DNA of 64,000 bases. It comes from Myxococcota bacterium. Its GTDB lineage: Bacteria > Myxococcota_A > UBA9160 > SZUA-336. Positions 1 through 9,329 of this stretch are shown piece after piece. The stretch covers positions 1,344,001 to 1,408,000 of the forward strand of contig CBDFGR010000003.1 of assembly GCA_965247115.1 (NCBI GenBank), read 5' to 3'. A program made the translations under genes and the position numbers. The notes under the pieces were generated by a model. The model was not told the origin of the DNA, searched no databases, and worked only from the letters and a program-made list of their open reading frames with translations. The stretch's first letter is position 1. Each line of letters begins with the position of its first letter.

Positions 1-862
1 GCGAGATCTCCTTGACGACTTTCACGTGGTCGCACATGGAGACGTTCCTGTCGATCGCGCCGTCCTCGATCAAGCCCAGCACGATCGCTGTGACCCCCAA
101 GCGGACGTAGATCGAGACCTCGGAAAGGTTGGAGTCCCCGATAATCACGTGGAGCCTGCGGTACTTCTCCCGGTCGGCATGCGGCTCGTCGCGGGTGTTG
201 ATGATGGGACGCTTGACCATCGTGTCGAGGGCCACCTCGGTCTCGAAGAAGTCCGCACGCTGGGCGATCTGGTACTCGCACGGAGCCGCGCGATTCTCGC
301 TCCCCACCTTGCCAGCCCCGCAGAAGATCTGCCTCGTCACGAGGAACGGAGTCAGGTACTCGACGATGTCCTTGAACGGGGTGCGCCGGCTGATCAGGTA
401 GTTCTCGTGATTGCCGTAGGAGTTGCCCTTACGATCGCTATTGTTCTTGTGGATCAGCAGCGTCTGGCCCGGTGGCAGGAGTGCCGTAGCGGCCCTGCGA
501 GCCGTCTCCATGGTGCGTTCCCCCGCCCGCTCGTAGGCCAGCAGGTCGAGGAGGTTCGTCACCTCAGGCGTCGAGTACTCGGGGTGCGCATGGTCAACGT
601 AGAAGCGCGCGCCGTTCTTCAGTGTCTTGTTACGGGCGATGTTCTCATGCTGGTTCGGCGTGTACTTCTCGCCCTCGACGTGGAAACCTCGCGCGTCTGC
701 TAGAGGATTCTCCTGGTCGTAGTCCCACAGGATCTGCGCATCCTTGTTGTCCTGGTAGGCGTTGACGAGAAGTACGCAGCTGGAGATCGGATCGAAGTCC
801 GGGTCTCCCTGAACGGTGATCCCGTACTCGATCTCGGTGCCAAATACACTCGGAGGCGGCAT
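1..862 (-). CDS. dop: Pup deamidase/depupylase Dop (PafA2 family), 3' end runs off the window
   Basis: Not in the ORF track. Manual translation from ATG 862 gives MPPPSVFGTEIEYGITV...WDYDQENPLADARGF...NGARFYVDHAHPEYSTPE...KNNSDRKGNSYGNHENYL...QRADFFETEVALDTMVKRPIINTRDEPHADREKYRRLHVIIGDSN, which are Dop signature motifs. Lies directly downstream of arc. Confidence 0.93.
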   Translation of the reverse strand, partial: MPPPSVFGTEIEYGITVQGDPDFDPISSCVLLVNAYQDNKDAQILWDYDQENPLADARGFHVEGEKYTPNQHENIARNKTLKNGARFYVDHAHPEYSTPEVTNLLDLLAYERAGERTMETARRAATALLPPGQTLLIHKNNSDRKGNSYGNHENYLISRRTPFKDIVEYLTPFLVTRQIFCGAGKVGSENRAAPCEYQIAQRADFFETEVALDTMVKRPIINTRDEPHADREKYRRLHVIIGDSNLSEVSIYVRLGVTAIVLGLIEDGAIDRNVSMCDHVKVVKEIS

Positions 863-889
863 GCCCTGGAAACCGACCCTTCCCGTCCC

Positions 890-2710
890 CTAGAGATACT
901 GCCCGGAGCCGCCCACGTTCTCGATTGCCTGCTCCTTGCGGCTGATCCCTGTGATCAGAGTCCGAACGTTGATGATCCGCTCGCCCTTGCGACCCGAGAT
1001 TCGCGCCCAGTCGTCCGGATTCGTGGTGTTGGGAAGATCCTCGTTCTCCTTGAACTCCTCGCGAACCGAGTCGAGCATGTCGTCGCGACGGATCCCGCCT
1101 TCACCGGCGGTGATCTGACGCTTCACGGCCTTCTTCTTGGCGCGATCGACGATGTTGCGGAGCATGGCGCCGCTGGAGAAGTCCTTGAAGTAGAAGATCT
1201 CGCGCTCACCCTTGGCGTAGGTCACCTCCAGGAACTTGTTCTCCTCACTCTCCGCGTACATGGTCTCGATCACTTCGTCGATGATCCCTGCTACCGCGCG
1301 GGCAGGGTCGCCGCCGTACTTGGCGAGCTCCTCCGCGTTGAGCGGCAGGTCCGCAGTGAGATACTTGCGGAAGATCTCGCTCGCGCCCGGCCCATCGGGT
1401 CGGTTCACCTTGACTTTGAGGTCCAGCCGTCCCGGCCGAAGCACCGCGGGATCGATCAGATCCTGGCGGTTCGACGCGCCGATCACGATCACGTTCTTCA
1501 GCGACTCGACCCCGTCGATCTCCGACAGGAACTGTGCGACGACGGTCGCCTCCATGTCCGACGAGATCCCCGAGCCTCGCATGCGGAACAGCGAGTCCAT
1601 CTCGTCGAAGAAGATCACGACCGGAACGTCCTCTTCCGCCTTCTCGCGGGCGTTCTTGAAGACCTCGCGGATCTTGTGCTCCGTCTCCCCGACGTACTTG
1701 TTCAGGAGCTCCGGGCCCTTCACGTTCAGGAAGTAGCTCTTGGGATCGACCCCGCGCGTCTCGGCGATCCGCTTCGCGAGCTCGTTCGCAACCGCCTTTC
1801 CAATCATGGTCTTCCCGCAGCCCGGGGGGCCGTAGAGGAGGATCCCCTTTGGCGGGGCCAGGTTGTACTTCTTGAACTCGTCCGTATAGAGATACGGCAG
1901 CTCGATGGCGTCCCGCAGGACCTCGATCTGGTCGCCGAGCCCGCCGATATCCTCGTAGTTGACGTCCGGTACCTCCTCGAGCACCACCTGGTCGACGGTA
2001 GACTTCGGGAGCTTCTCCACGCCAAAGCCGTTGCGCGGATTGACGAGGACGTTGTCGCCAGCCTTGAGCTTCTCTCGCCGCATCGGCAGCGAGAGCGTGA
2101 TGACGCGCTCTTCGTCGGCGTGGCCCAGCACAATGAGACGACCGTCTCCCAGTACCTCCGAGACCTGCATGACTTCGCCCCGAGGGTCGAAGTCCGTCGA
2201 GTCCACGATGTTGAAGGCCTCGTTCAGCACGATCAGCTGGCCTTCCATCAGATCCTCGACGCGGACGTTCGGATGCGCGTTCACGCGCATCATCCTGCCG
2301 TCGACGTTGATCTCTACGGTTCCATCCTTGTTGGAACGCTCGTACACGCCGTAGGTATTCGGGGGCGCGCAAAGCTTGTCGACCTCTTGCTTCAGAAGAT
2401 CGATCTGCTGCTTCGCGTCCTGTAGCGCGTTCACGAGCTTCTCGTTCTGCCGCTCCGCGTCGTAGAGCTGGTGACGGGCGCGGTCGTAGCGCTGTCGCTG
2501 TAGCTCGTACTCCATGAGAAAGCGCTCGATGCGTCTGACCAGGTCCCGAGCCTCGGGACCCAGGAAACGCAGCGCGTCACGCAGGCTCTCGATATCAGTC
2601 ATCTCTTCCTGCGCGCTCGCGTCGGATTCCTGCTCTCGTGAACCCGGCGATGAGATTCGCTTCATCACGTCTCGAACGAAGCCTCTTCTCCCTGAACCTG
2701 ACTCGCTCAT
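890..2710 (-). CDS. arc: Proteasome-associated AAA ATPase ARC/Mpa
   Basis: N-terminal coiled coil, PP motif and OB domains, Walker A GPPGCGKT, Walker B VIFFDEMD, ENEDLPNTTNPDDWARISG motif, C-terminal GQYL proteasome-docking tail. Confidence 0.96.
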   Translation of the reverse strand: MSESGSGRRGFVRDVMKRISSPGSREQESDASAQEEMTDIESLRDALRFLGPEARDLVRRIERFLMEYELQRQRYDRARHQLYDAERQNEKLVNALQDAKQQIDLLKQEVDKLCAPPNTYGVYERSNKDGTVEINVDGRMMRVNAHPNVRVEDLMEGQLIVLNEAFNIVDSTDFDPRGEVMQVSEVLGDGRLIVLGHADEERVITLSLPMRREKLKAGDNVLVNPRNGFGVEKLPKSTVDQVVLEEVPDVNYEDIGGLGDQIEVLRDAIELPYLYTDEFKKYNLAPPKGILLYGPPGCGKTMIGKAVANELAKRIAETRGVDPKSYFLNVKGPELLNKYVGETEHKIREVFKNAREKAEEDVPVVIFFDEMDSLFRMRGSGISSDMEATVVAQFLSEIDGVESLKNVIVIGASNRQDLIDPAVLRPGRLDLKVKVNRPDGPGASEIFRKYLTADLPLNAEELAKYGGDPARAVAGIIDEVIETMYAESEENKFLEVTYAKGEREIFYFKDFSSGAMLRNIVDRAKKKAVKRQITAGEGGIRRDDMLDSVREEFKENEDLPNTTNPDDWARISGRKGERIINVRTLITGISRKEQAIENVGGSGQYL

Positions 2711-2789
2711 GTACCTTCCTCAGCATTGGCCGATATCCGCTGCGCGACACGATCTTTCGCGCCAGCTTTCGCCGTAAACTGGATGCTTC

Positions 2790-2806
2790 TGCAATCGACG
2801 TACCAA
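2790..2806 (-). promoter_or_regulatory. sigma54 (-24/-12) promoter for arc-dop
   Basis: Minus strand TTGGTACGTCGATTGCA versus consensus YTGGCACGRNNNTTGCW; 80 nt upstream of the arc ATG. Confidence 0.72.
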
Positions 2807-2918
2807 AGAGAGCTGGCCTCTGTGGGGAAGGGAATCGGTACCTCTCGTGCAGACACGAGGAGAGGCTCGGCACCCGGGCGTCCCCTCGCTCCACCCCGAT
2901 CCGAGCAAAACAATAAGG

Positions 2919-2943
2919 AAAAAACGGGAGTTTGCCCGCTCCC
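2919..2943 (-). terminator. Putative intrinsic terminator
   Basis: Minus strand GGGAG-CGGGCAAA-CTCCC-G-TTTTTT followed by more T-rich sequence; the stem is short. Confidence 0.5.
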
Positions 2944-3078
2944 AGTCACCTGGATTGCGCATTCGGGGCCGCCCTGGCGGAGCGTACACTCCCGTGCAGC
3001 GGCACGAGGTCTCTCTTGCGCCGCCAGGGACGTTGGGCTCGAATCGGAAATCATGTGTAAAAACACAAGCTTAGACCA
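2919..3078 (-). ncRNA. Candidate ~160-nt structured small RNA or leader, family unknown
   Basis: Bracketed by a sigma70 promoter and a U-tailed hairpin. Helices at 3054-3058/3063-3067, 2972-2980/3021-3029 (9 bp perfect) and 2993-2997/3002-3006. Confidence 0.45.
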
Positions 3079-3084
3079 CTGATG

Positions 3085-3113
3085 AGATTAACTGGAGATG
3101 TCTGGCGTGTCAA
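3085..3113 (-). promoter_or_regulatory. sigma70-type promoter
   Basis: Minus strand TTGACA-17 nt-TAATCT. Confidence 0.7.
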
Positions 3114-3391
3114 CGGACCACACCCGGCAGCTCCCGACAAAAGCCTTTGATTCTGCGCAGTTTCCCGACTGCAAGGGGCCTCGATCCGAGCCACAGGGCG
3201 CCCGCGCCTTTTCGCGCCACGCCGACGGATCATTGACGGCGATGCGTCGAGTATCCGCCACTATCGTCGCGACCGTTGCTTGCAGGAGAGGTGCGCACGT
3301 CGCTGCCCCACTCGCTGTTCTTGGACTCGTTTGACGAAGGCCGGGGCTGCAGGGATTCACGGGAGTTGCACACGTGTGAACGGGGACGAGC

Positions 3392-4063
3392 TCAGCGCAG
3401 GTCGATGATCTCGGTTCCCTCGGGAACCCTGATGTCGAAGCTCGAGTCATCGACACCCACGTTCTCCTCGATCGAAGCGAAGCGAATACTCGTCCGGTTC
3501 TTGAACAGGTCCACCAGCACGGACTCGCGCAGCTGGTAGGTCTCGCGATTGACCCACAGCTCGATGAACTCGAAGCTGGATTCCTGGCGTGGATCCAGCC
3601 GGAGACCGAGCTCCGCCCGCTCGTCCGCGTCGATCGCGACCGCCGTGAAGAGCTCGCGCAACACGCCCTCACCGAGCAGGAAGGACAGCGCCGTCGGCGA
3701 CACGGTGCCCTCTGCCAGACCCGCGATCTGCAGCTGCTCATCCTGCGGGCTATAGATGCGCAGCGTCTGGGCGTTCAAGACGATCACGCGCTCGTCCGGA
3801 GGCGAGTACGCCCAGCGAATCAGGCCCGGGCGCTTCATCGTGACGCGGCCGTCCGAGCGGCTCTCGCTGCCGAGAGCTGCGGTGTAGCTCGTCTGCACGA
3901 AGCCGGCAGAGAGATCGGTGATGCCGTCGTAGCGCGCCTGGATAGCATCGAGCGCGGCTGTGGTCGGCTCTTCCGTGGCGCCGTTCCCGAGCAGTCCCAG
4001 GACGAGCAGCAGAGCGAGCCGCCTAGCGGGTGTCTTCCTCCGTGGGACGCACGAAGATGTCAC
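3392..4063 (-). CDS. lolA: Outer-membrane lipoprotein carrier LolA
   Basis: Signal peptide, AGFVQT...GRVTMKRPGLIRWAYSPP, ends FDIRVPEGTEIIDL; follows ftsK. Start (GTG 4063) is uncertain. Confidence 0.85.
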   Translation of the reverse strand: MTSSCVPRRKTPARRLALLLVLGLLGNGATEEPTTAALDAIQARYDGITDLSAGFVQTSYTAALGSESRSDGRVTMKRPGLIRWAYSPPDERVIVLNAQTLRIYSPQDEQLQIAGLAEGTVSPTALSFLLGEGVLRELFTAVAIDADERAELGLRLDPRQESSFEFIELWVNRETYQLRESVLVDLFKNRTSIRFASIEENVGVDDSSFDIRVPEGTEIIDLR

Positions 4064-6317
4064 GTGCCTTCGTTCCTTCCTGCGGGCCGACGATTCCCTC
4101 CGCCTCCATGTGCTCCACGATGCGCGCCGAGCGGTTGTAGCCGATCTTGAGCTTGCGCTGAATGAAGGAGATCGAGGCGATCCTGTGCGTGGCGACGATA
4201 TCGACAGCAGCGTCGAACAGCTCGTCGATCTCGTCGCCCCGTTCCTCTCGCTTCTCACTCTCCTCCTTGAGACGAATCAGGGACGGATCGAATTCTGGCG
4301 AGGCCTGCTCGCGCAGATAGTCGCAGACGGCCGCGATCTCCTTCTCGGAAACGTAAGGCCCGTGAATACGCTCCAGCTTCGACGTGCCCGGCGGCACATA
4401 GAGCATGTCGCCCATTCCGAGCAGTCTCTCCGCGCCGTTCGAGTCGAGGATGGTCCGGGAGTCCGTGCGCGAGCTCACCTGGAAGGAAATGCGCGATGGA
4501 AAATTCGCCTTGATGATCCCCGTGAGGACGTCAACAGACGGGCGTTGGGTGGCCAGGACCAGGTGGATCCCCGCCGCGCGTGCCATCTGCGCCAGGCGGA
4601 TCAGCGACTCTTCCACATCACGCGAGGCAACGATCATCAGATCCGCCAGCTCGTCGACGACGACCGCGATATAGGGCATGGCGTGGGGAACGATGTCGTC
4701 GTCGGCCTCCAGGCGCGCCTGAGCCCGCTCGCGCGCGACGTGCTTGTTGTACTGCTGGATGTTCCGCACGCCAAGCTCGGCCATGAGCGCGTACCGTTCC
4801 TCCATCTTGTGGACGATGCCGAGCAGCGCGGCTGCGGCCCGCTTGGGGTTGGTCACCACCTCTGCAATGAGGTGGGGAATCCCCTGGAAGGGGGCAAACT
4901 CGAGCATCTTGGGATCGATCAGGAGCAGCTTGAGCTCGTCGGGGCGCGCGCGAAACACCAGGCTACAGAGCAGCGCCGACAGAAAGACGGACTTTCCGGT
5001 ACCGGTGGCGCCGGCGATCAGCAGGTGCGGCATGGTCGCGAGGTCCGTCGTGACCGGGCTGCCAAAGATGTCCTTGCCGAGTGCCAGCTCGAGCCTCGAC
5101 TCCGATTCCTGGTAGCTCGGATGGCCCATCACGTCGCGCAGCATGACAACGTCGCGCTCCGCATTCGGGACCTCGATCCCGACGACGCTCTTGCCCGGAA
5201 TTGGTGCCACGATGCGTACGGCCATGGCGCGTAGCGCCAGCGCAAGGTCGTCGGCCAGGTTCGTGATTCGGGAGACCTTGATGCCGGGCGCGGGCTCGAA
5301 CTCGTACATCGTGATCACAGGTCCGGGATGGACCTTGACCACGCGCCCCAGCACTTGAAAGTCTGCCAGCTTCTTCTCGAGGATTCGCGAGTTCTTGAGC
5401 AGGGCCTCTCGATCGAAGTTCGTGCTCGCATCCGGGCCCAGTGCGAGCAGGTCGAGATCCGGCAGCTTGTACGGTCCGAGTGCGCCGGCTTCGAAAGGAA
5501 GCGCCTCTTGCCGCGGCGCCGTCGGCCTCGTCACCCGGTGCTCGACCACTTCTGGCTCGCCAGCAGCTACCGCGCGGCGGGGGAGCACGCGGCGTGCTGT
5601 GAGCCCAGATTCGGGCTCGCCGCTCTCCCCCGCTGCCAGGATGGCACGCTCGGCTCGCTCCTCGGCATAGCGCTCGAGCCGCAGGCGGGCCCGGGCCAGG
5701 CCGACACGCCAGCGCTGAGCCAGCTCCCTCGAGAAGCTGCGCAGAATTCGTTGCGCTCGGAGCAGCGTGTCGCGTGCGGAGCCGCCCGTCGCGATGAGCA
5801 GGCTCGAGAGCAGCGTGATCGAGAGCAGCAGCGTGGCACCCGGCAGATACACCACGCTCCGGAACGCGTCGACGGTCGCGGCACCGAACGAGCCTCCGAG
5901 CCCATCCGGAAGATCTGTTGGCAGCAGCCGCTGCATCGCGTCGAGGCTCGCAGCGACGCTGATCCAGAAGACGCTCCACGCCACAATGGGAACCCAGCGC
6001 GGCCGTACCGGCAGGCCCCGCAGGTAGCGGAGAGCGACCACCAGCGCGGCCACGGGAAGCCCGTGCGACGCCCAGCCCAAGCTTCCTGCGAGGCCGTACG
6101 CGAGAAAGGCGCCGACCGGACCGCAGAGGTTCTCGACTGGCCGACCGAGTCCCCAGAGCGGATCCGCCGAGCTGTAGCTCGCGAGTGCGACCTCGACCAG
6201 GAGTGCGCAAGCGAGCAGGCCCAGCGCCACGACCTCCGCTTCCACGCGCCCCGGCGTCCGCGGCTCTCGGCCGTAGTGACCTCTCTTCGCCCCGGACTTC
6301 TTCGCCTGCCTAGCCAA
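4023..6317 (-). CDS. ftsK: DNA translocase FtsK
   Basis: N-terminal TM domain, GPVITMYE, PHLLIAGATGTGKS, ATQRPSVDV, gamma domain QRKLKIGYNRSAR; TTG start overlaps the uppP stop. Confidence 0.96.
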   Translation of the reverse strand: MARQAKKSGAKRGHYGREPRTPGRVEAEVVALGLLACALLVEVALASYSSADPLWGLGRPVENLCGPVGAFLAYGLAGSLGWASHGLPVAALVVALRYLRGLPVRPRWVPIVAWSVFWISVAASLDAMQRLLPTDLPDGLGGSFGAATVDAFRSVVYLPGATLLLSITLLSSLLIATGGSARDTLLRAQRILRSFSRELAQRWRVGLARARLRLERYAEERAERAILAAGESGEPESGLTARRVLPRRAVAAGEPEVVEHRVTRPTAPRQEALPFEAGALGPYKLPDLDLLALGPDASTNFDREALLKNSRILEKKLADFQVLGRVVKVHPGPVITMYEFEPAPGIKVSRITNLADDLALALRAMAVRIVAPIPGKSVVGIEVPNAERDVVMLRDVMGHPSYQESESRLELALGKDIFGSPVTTDLATMPHLLIAGATGTGKSVFLSALLCSLVFRARPDELKLLLIDPKMLEFAPFQGIPHLIAEVVTNPKRAAAALLGIVHKMEERYALMAELGVRNIQQYNKHVARERAQARLEADDDIVPHAMPYIAVVVDELADLMIVASRDVEESLIRLAQMARAAGIHLVLATQRPSVDVLTGIIKANFPSRISFQVSSRTDSRTILDSNGAERLLGMGDMLYVPPGTSKLERIHGPYVSEKEIAAVCDYLREQASPEFDPSLIRLKEESEKREERGDEIDELFDAAVDIVATHRIASISFIQRKLKIGYNRSARIVEHMEAEGIVGPQEGTKARDIFVRPTEEDTR

Positions 6318-7113
6318 AGACGATCGCTCCCAACCCGAGAAGCGCGCAGTACGCCGCAAAGGGGCGCAGCCTGCGTCGCACGACGACCCACTGCAAGGCC
6401 TTCAAGCACAGGGCTCCGCTGATCAGGGCAGTGCCGAACCCGAGCGTGAGAGGTATCAGCTCGGCACGCACAGCAGCCATGCCGACCCTCGAGACCTCGT
6501 ACAGGTTCGCACCGAGTACGGCGGGTGCGGAGAGCAACATCGAGAACTCGACGGCTGTCTCGGCTCGCACGTCTCTCCAGAGCGCCGTGCCCACGGTGGA
6601 GCCGGACCTCGATAGGCCAGGCAGGACGGCCAGTCCCTGTACCGCGCCGACCCAGAGCGCGTCCGTCACGCGCAGCTCGGCCGCGCCGCGTGTGCGGGCC
6701 CCCCTGCGCTCGGAGAGTACGAGGATCAACGCCGTCCCGAGCAGACAGGCACCCACCAGCGCGGGCTCGGAGTGGACACGACCGACGATGTCGCGCAGTG
6801 CCAGTCCGATGACCGCCGTAGGAAGGCTGCCGATCAGTAGCAAGAGCAGCCAGCGTCGGTCGGTCGGATCCCCCGGTCCCGTGCGCGGAAGAAACGTCCA
6901 CGCTGCGACGGCCAGGCGTCTCACTCGCTCCCGAAGGACCAGCACGATCGCGACTACGGTTCCAAAGTGGACGACCACATCGAACAGCAGGCCTGGTGCG
7001 TCTCGCGGCGCGACGAGGCTCTCCGCAAGAGCGAGATGGCCTGAGGAAGAAACCGGCAGAAACTCGGTCGCGCCCTGCAGAACTCCGAGCGCCAGCGCCT
7101 GAAAAACGGTCAC
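6310..7113 (-). CDS. uppP: Undecaprenyl-diphosphate phosphatase
   Basis: [14 protein letters not shown] and PGLSRSGST motifs; multiple TM helices. Confidence 0.95.
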   Translation of the reverse strand: MTVFQALALGVLQGATEFLPVSSSGHLALAESLVAPRDAPGLLFDVVVHFGTVVAIVLVLRERVRRLAVAAWTFLPRTGPGDPTDRRWLLLLLIGSLPTAVIGLALRDIVGRVHSEPALVGACLLGTALILVLSERRGARTRGAAELRVTDALWVGAVQGLAVLPGLSRSGSTVGTALWRDVRAETAVEFSMLLSAPAVLGANLYEVSRVGMAAVRAELIPLTLGFGTALISGALCLKALQWVVVRRRLRPFAAYCALLGLGAIVFG

Positions 7114-7261
7114 CCCGACTCCATGGCGAGGGCACCGGGTGCCCGCGTCAGCAGGGGGCCGTCTAGAATCGGAAACGCGCACGCGAAAGGCAACCCAGTG
7201 CAGTCGCTGTGCTACCTTGTACCGACGAGCCTCATCCCAGCCACTTGGGAGGAATTCGCCG

Positions 7262-7735
7262 ATGGCAGGCGTCAACAAGGTAATTCTCGTCGGACACCTA
7301 GGTCGCGACCCGGAGCTCCGGTACACGCAGAACGGACAGGCTGTCGCCAACTTCTCACTCGCCACCTCGGAGTCGTACTCGAAGCGAGACGGTGAGCGGG
7401 AGGAGCGAACGGAGTGGCACAGGATCGTCGCCTGGGGCCGCCTGGCCGAGATCTGCGGCGAGTACCTGAGCAAGGGCAGGCAGATCTACATCGAGGGACG
7501 CATCCAGACACGCGAATGGGAAGACCGCGAGGGAGAGAAGCGCCGCACCACCGAGATCGTAGCCCGCGAGATGCAGATGCTCGGCCGCCGCGGCGAGATC
7601 AACACCTCCTACGACGACTCGGGCACCAGCGCCTCCGACACCAGCGCCTCCGACACCAGCGCCTCGAGCACCACCCCCTCGAGCACCGCCGCCGACCCCG
7701 GCACACCTCCTCCAGACGACGACATCCCGTTCTAA
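7262..7735 (+). CDS. ssb: Single-stranded DNA-binding protein
   Basis: [27 protein letters not shown]-terminal DDDIPF; GGAGG RBS. Confidence 0.97.
   Translation: MAGVNKVILVGHLGRDPELRYTQNGQAVANFSLATSESYSKRDGEREERTEWHRIVAWGRLAEICGEYLSKGRQIYIEGRIQTREWEDREGEKRRTTEIVAREMQMLGRRGEINTSYDDSGTSASDTSASDTSASSTTPSSTAADPGTPPPDDDIPF
7624..7668 (+). repeat. 15-bp tandem repeat (~3 copies) in the ssb linker
   Basis: CACCAGCGCCTCCGA units encoding [15 protein letters not shown]. Confidence 0.75.
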
Positions 7736-7756
7736 CGAAGCTCGCGGAGTCCTAGC

Positions 7757-7882
7757 CTCACGCCGTCGGAGGCCGGGAAAACATCCCCGGGAGGACTCCG
7801 CTCCTTGCGTGCTCAGGGAATCAGCACGCCTCGAACACCGCTACCACAGTCCTCCGGGGGATGTTTTCCCGGCCTCCGACTA
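7757..7882 (-). repeat. Hairpin repeat element, copy 1
   Basis: 33-bp inverted arms 7765-7797/7848-7880 (one mismatch) around a 50-nt core. Confidence 0.8.
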
Positions 7883-8009
7883 CTTGCCGCCTCGGCGCCT
7901 ACCTGCAAGAAAGTGCCACGGGCCCGGATCGCAACTAATTCGTCCGGACACAAACGTTCCGGTTGAGCCCGGTCCCCCGATTCCGACCTCTGATTGGCAG
8001 GCTCGCAGG

Positions 8010-8133
8010 GAGTCGGAGGTCGGGAAACGTCCCTCGGAGGACTGTGGTAGCGGTGCCCGAGGCGAGCGAGCTCTCTGTGAACGCAGGGAGCGGAGTCCGC
8101 CGAGGAACGTTTCCCGACCTCCGGCGGCGTGGG
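8010..8133 (+). repeat. Hairpin repeat element, copy 2 (inverted, diverged copy of copy 1)
   Basis: 32-bp inverted arms 8012-8043/8094-8125; the core GGAGGACTGTGGTAGCGGTG...GGAGCGGAGTCC matches the reverse complement of copy 1. Confidence 0.8.
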
Positions 8134-8150
8134 TCCGAGGTCCGGGAGCC

Positions 8151-8492
8151 CTAGTTCCGCTTTAGCTTCCGGACCAGTTCGTTGATGGTCTCGCGGACGT
8201 CGGGCTGGAGCTCCTGGAACTCGATGCCCATGCCGGGGAAGCCCTCGTCTTTTTCCTCGCTGATCCAGGCTACCCGGCCGGCGACCTGGATCGGGGTGTC
8301 CAGATCGGGAACCCGGAAGTAGAGCTGGACCACGGTGTCGATCTCGGAGGGAGAGTCGGTCTCGATGAAGACGCCGCCCTCGTTGATGTTTGCGCAGAAC
8401 TCCCCGAAGAACGCGTCGACGGCACTGTAGTCGACACGGACCTTCAACGGCTGTCGCTCAGACTGTCGGCGCTCGGACTTCTCCGAGGACAT
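8151..8492 (-). CDS. PilZ-domain protein (TIGR02266-like)
   Basis: RRQSER (RxxxR), NINEGG, GRVAW...PGMGIEF. Confidence 0.88.
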   Translation of the reverse strand: MSSEKSERRQSERQPLKVRVDYSAVDAFFGEFCANINEGGVFIETDSPSEIDTVVQLYFRVPDLDTPIQVAGRVAWISEEKDEGFPGMGIEFQELQPDVRETINELVRKLKRN

Positions 8493-8528
8493 GCGCGCCT
8501 CCGGGCGGATACCAGGCTCCACCGCGTA

Positions 8529-8556
8529 GGATCGGCGCCAGTCGTCAGCCGCTTGA
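8529..8556 (-). promoter_or_regulatory. sigma28 (FliA)-like promoter for the PilZ gene
   Basis: TCAAG-N15-GCCGATCC. Confidence 0.55.
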
Positions 8557-9231
8557 GACCTCGAGCCAGCCGCTGCGCGCGAAGCTCGCGAAGTCCTCCG
8601 CTCCGATCACGACGTGATCGAGGAGTCGGATCCCCAGCAGCTCGCCGGCCCGGGCCAGGCGGCGTGTGACCTCGTGGTCCTCCTGGCTGGGCAGCGGATC
8701 GCCGCTCGGGTGGTTGTGCAGCACCAGAATCGCAGCCGCGGATTCTCGGAGCGCCGGAGCGAAGACCTCACGCGGGTGGACCAGACTCTGGTTCAGGCTG
8801 CCGCGGCTGACCTCGACCTCGCCGATCAGACGCTGGCGGCTGTCCAGCAGCAGCGCATAGAAGAGCTCCTGGCGGCAGCGGCGCAGTCGTCCGCCAAAGT
8901 GCGAGAAGACCTGCTCGGGAGAGCCCAGCTTCTGGCCTGGCACCAGTGGGGCACGCGCGACCCGCGAGCCGAGCTCGAAGCCCGCACGCAGCGAGGCGAC
9001 TTTGGCCGGGCCCATCCCGGGGACACTGCGCAGCTCCGCCTCGCCCGCCCGTGAGATCCCTTCCAGGCTGCCGAAGCGTCGCATGAGCTCGTCTGCCAGC
9101 CGAGTGGCCGGGCAGCCGGGCGCCCCGGTGCGCAACACCAGAGCGACGAGCTCCGACGGAGAAAGAGTGCCGCTACCGGCGTGGAGCAGACGTTCCCGTG
9201 GCCGCTCCCGCAGTCCGCCTCGCAAGGGCAT
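8545..9231 (-). CDS. radC: RadC / JAB-domain protein
   Basis: RPRERLL, HhH GMGPAK, VHPREVF, HNHPSGDPLPSQED, LLDHVVI. Confidence 0.95.
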   Translation of the reverse strand: MPLRGGLRERPRERLLHAGSGTLSPSELVALVLRTGAPGCPATRLADELMRRFGSLEGISRAGEAELRSVPGMGPAKVASLRAGFELGSRVARAPLVPGQKLGSPEQVFSHFGGRLRRCRQELFYALLLDSRQRLIGEVEVSRGSLNQSLVHPREVFAPALRESAAAILVLHNHPSGDPLPSQEDHEVTRRLARAGELLGIRLLDHVVIGAEDFASFARSGWLEVSSG

Positions 9232-9329
9232 CGCATCTGACTCTCTCGGGGCGAGCGAGCTTCCGAGCAACGAAGCGTGGGTGCGCTTGGCTGGGCGACG
9301 TCGTGGCGCCCTCGGAATGAATAGCAGAC

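Noticed and set aside
26..703. Long ORFs antisense to or out of frame with real genes (26-703, 3960-5234, 19109-20533, 44247-45524 and many others)
   Set aside because: Shadow ORFs typical of high-GC DNA, overlapping genes with clear family motifs
2707..3066. 119-aa ORF whose stop overlaps the arc ATG
   Set aside because: No recognisable family or RBS, and it runs across a terminator and a sigma54 promoter; probably spurious
7624..7668. Tandem repeat in ssb as a phase-variation or contingency locus
   Set aside because: In-frame expansion in the disordered SSB linker, which is common and likely neutral
8545..9231. JAB domain as part of a ubiquitin-like system with the proteasome genes
   Set aside because: Ordinary full-length RadC, 6 kb from arc, with no E1, E2 or Ubl neighbours
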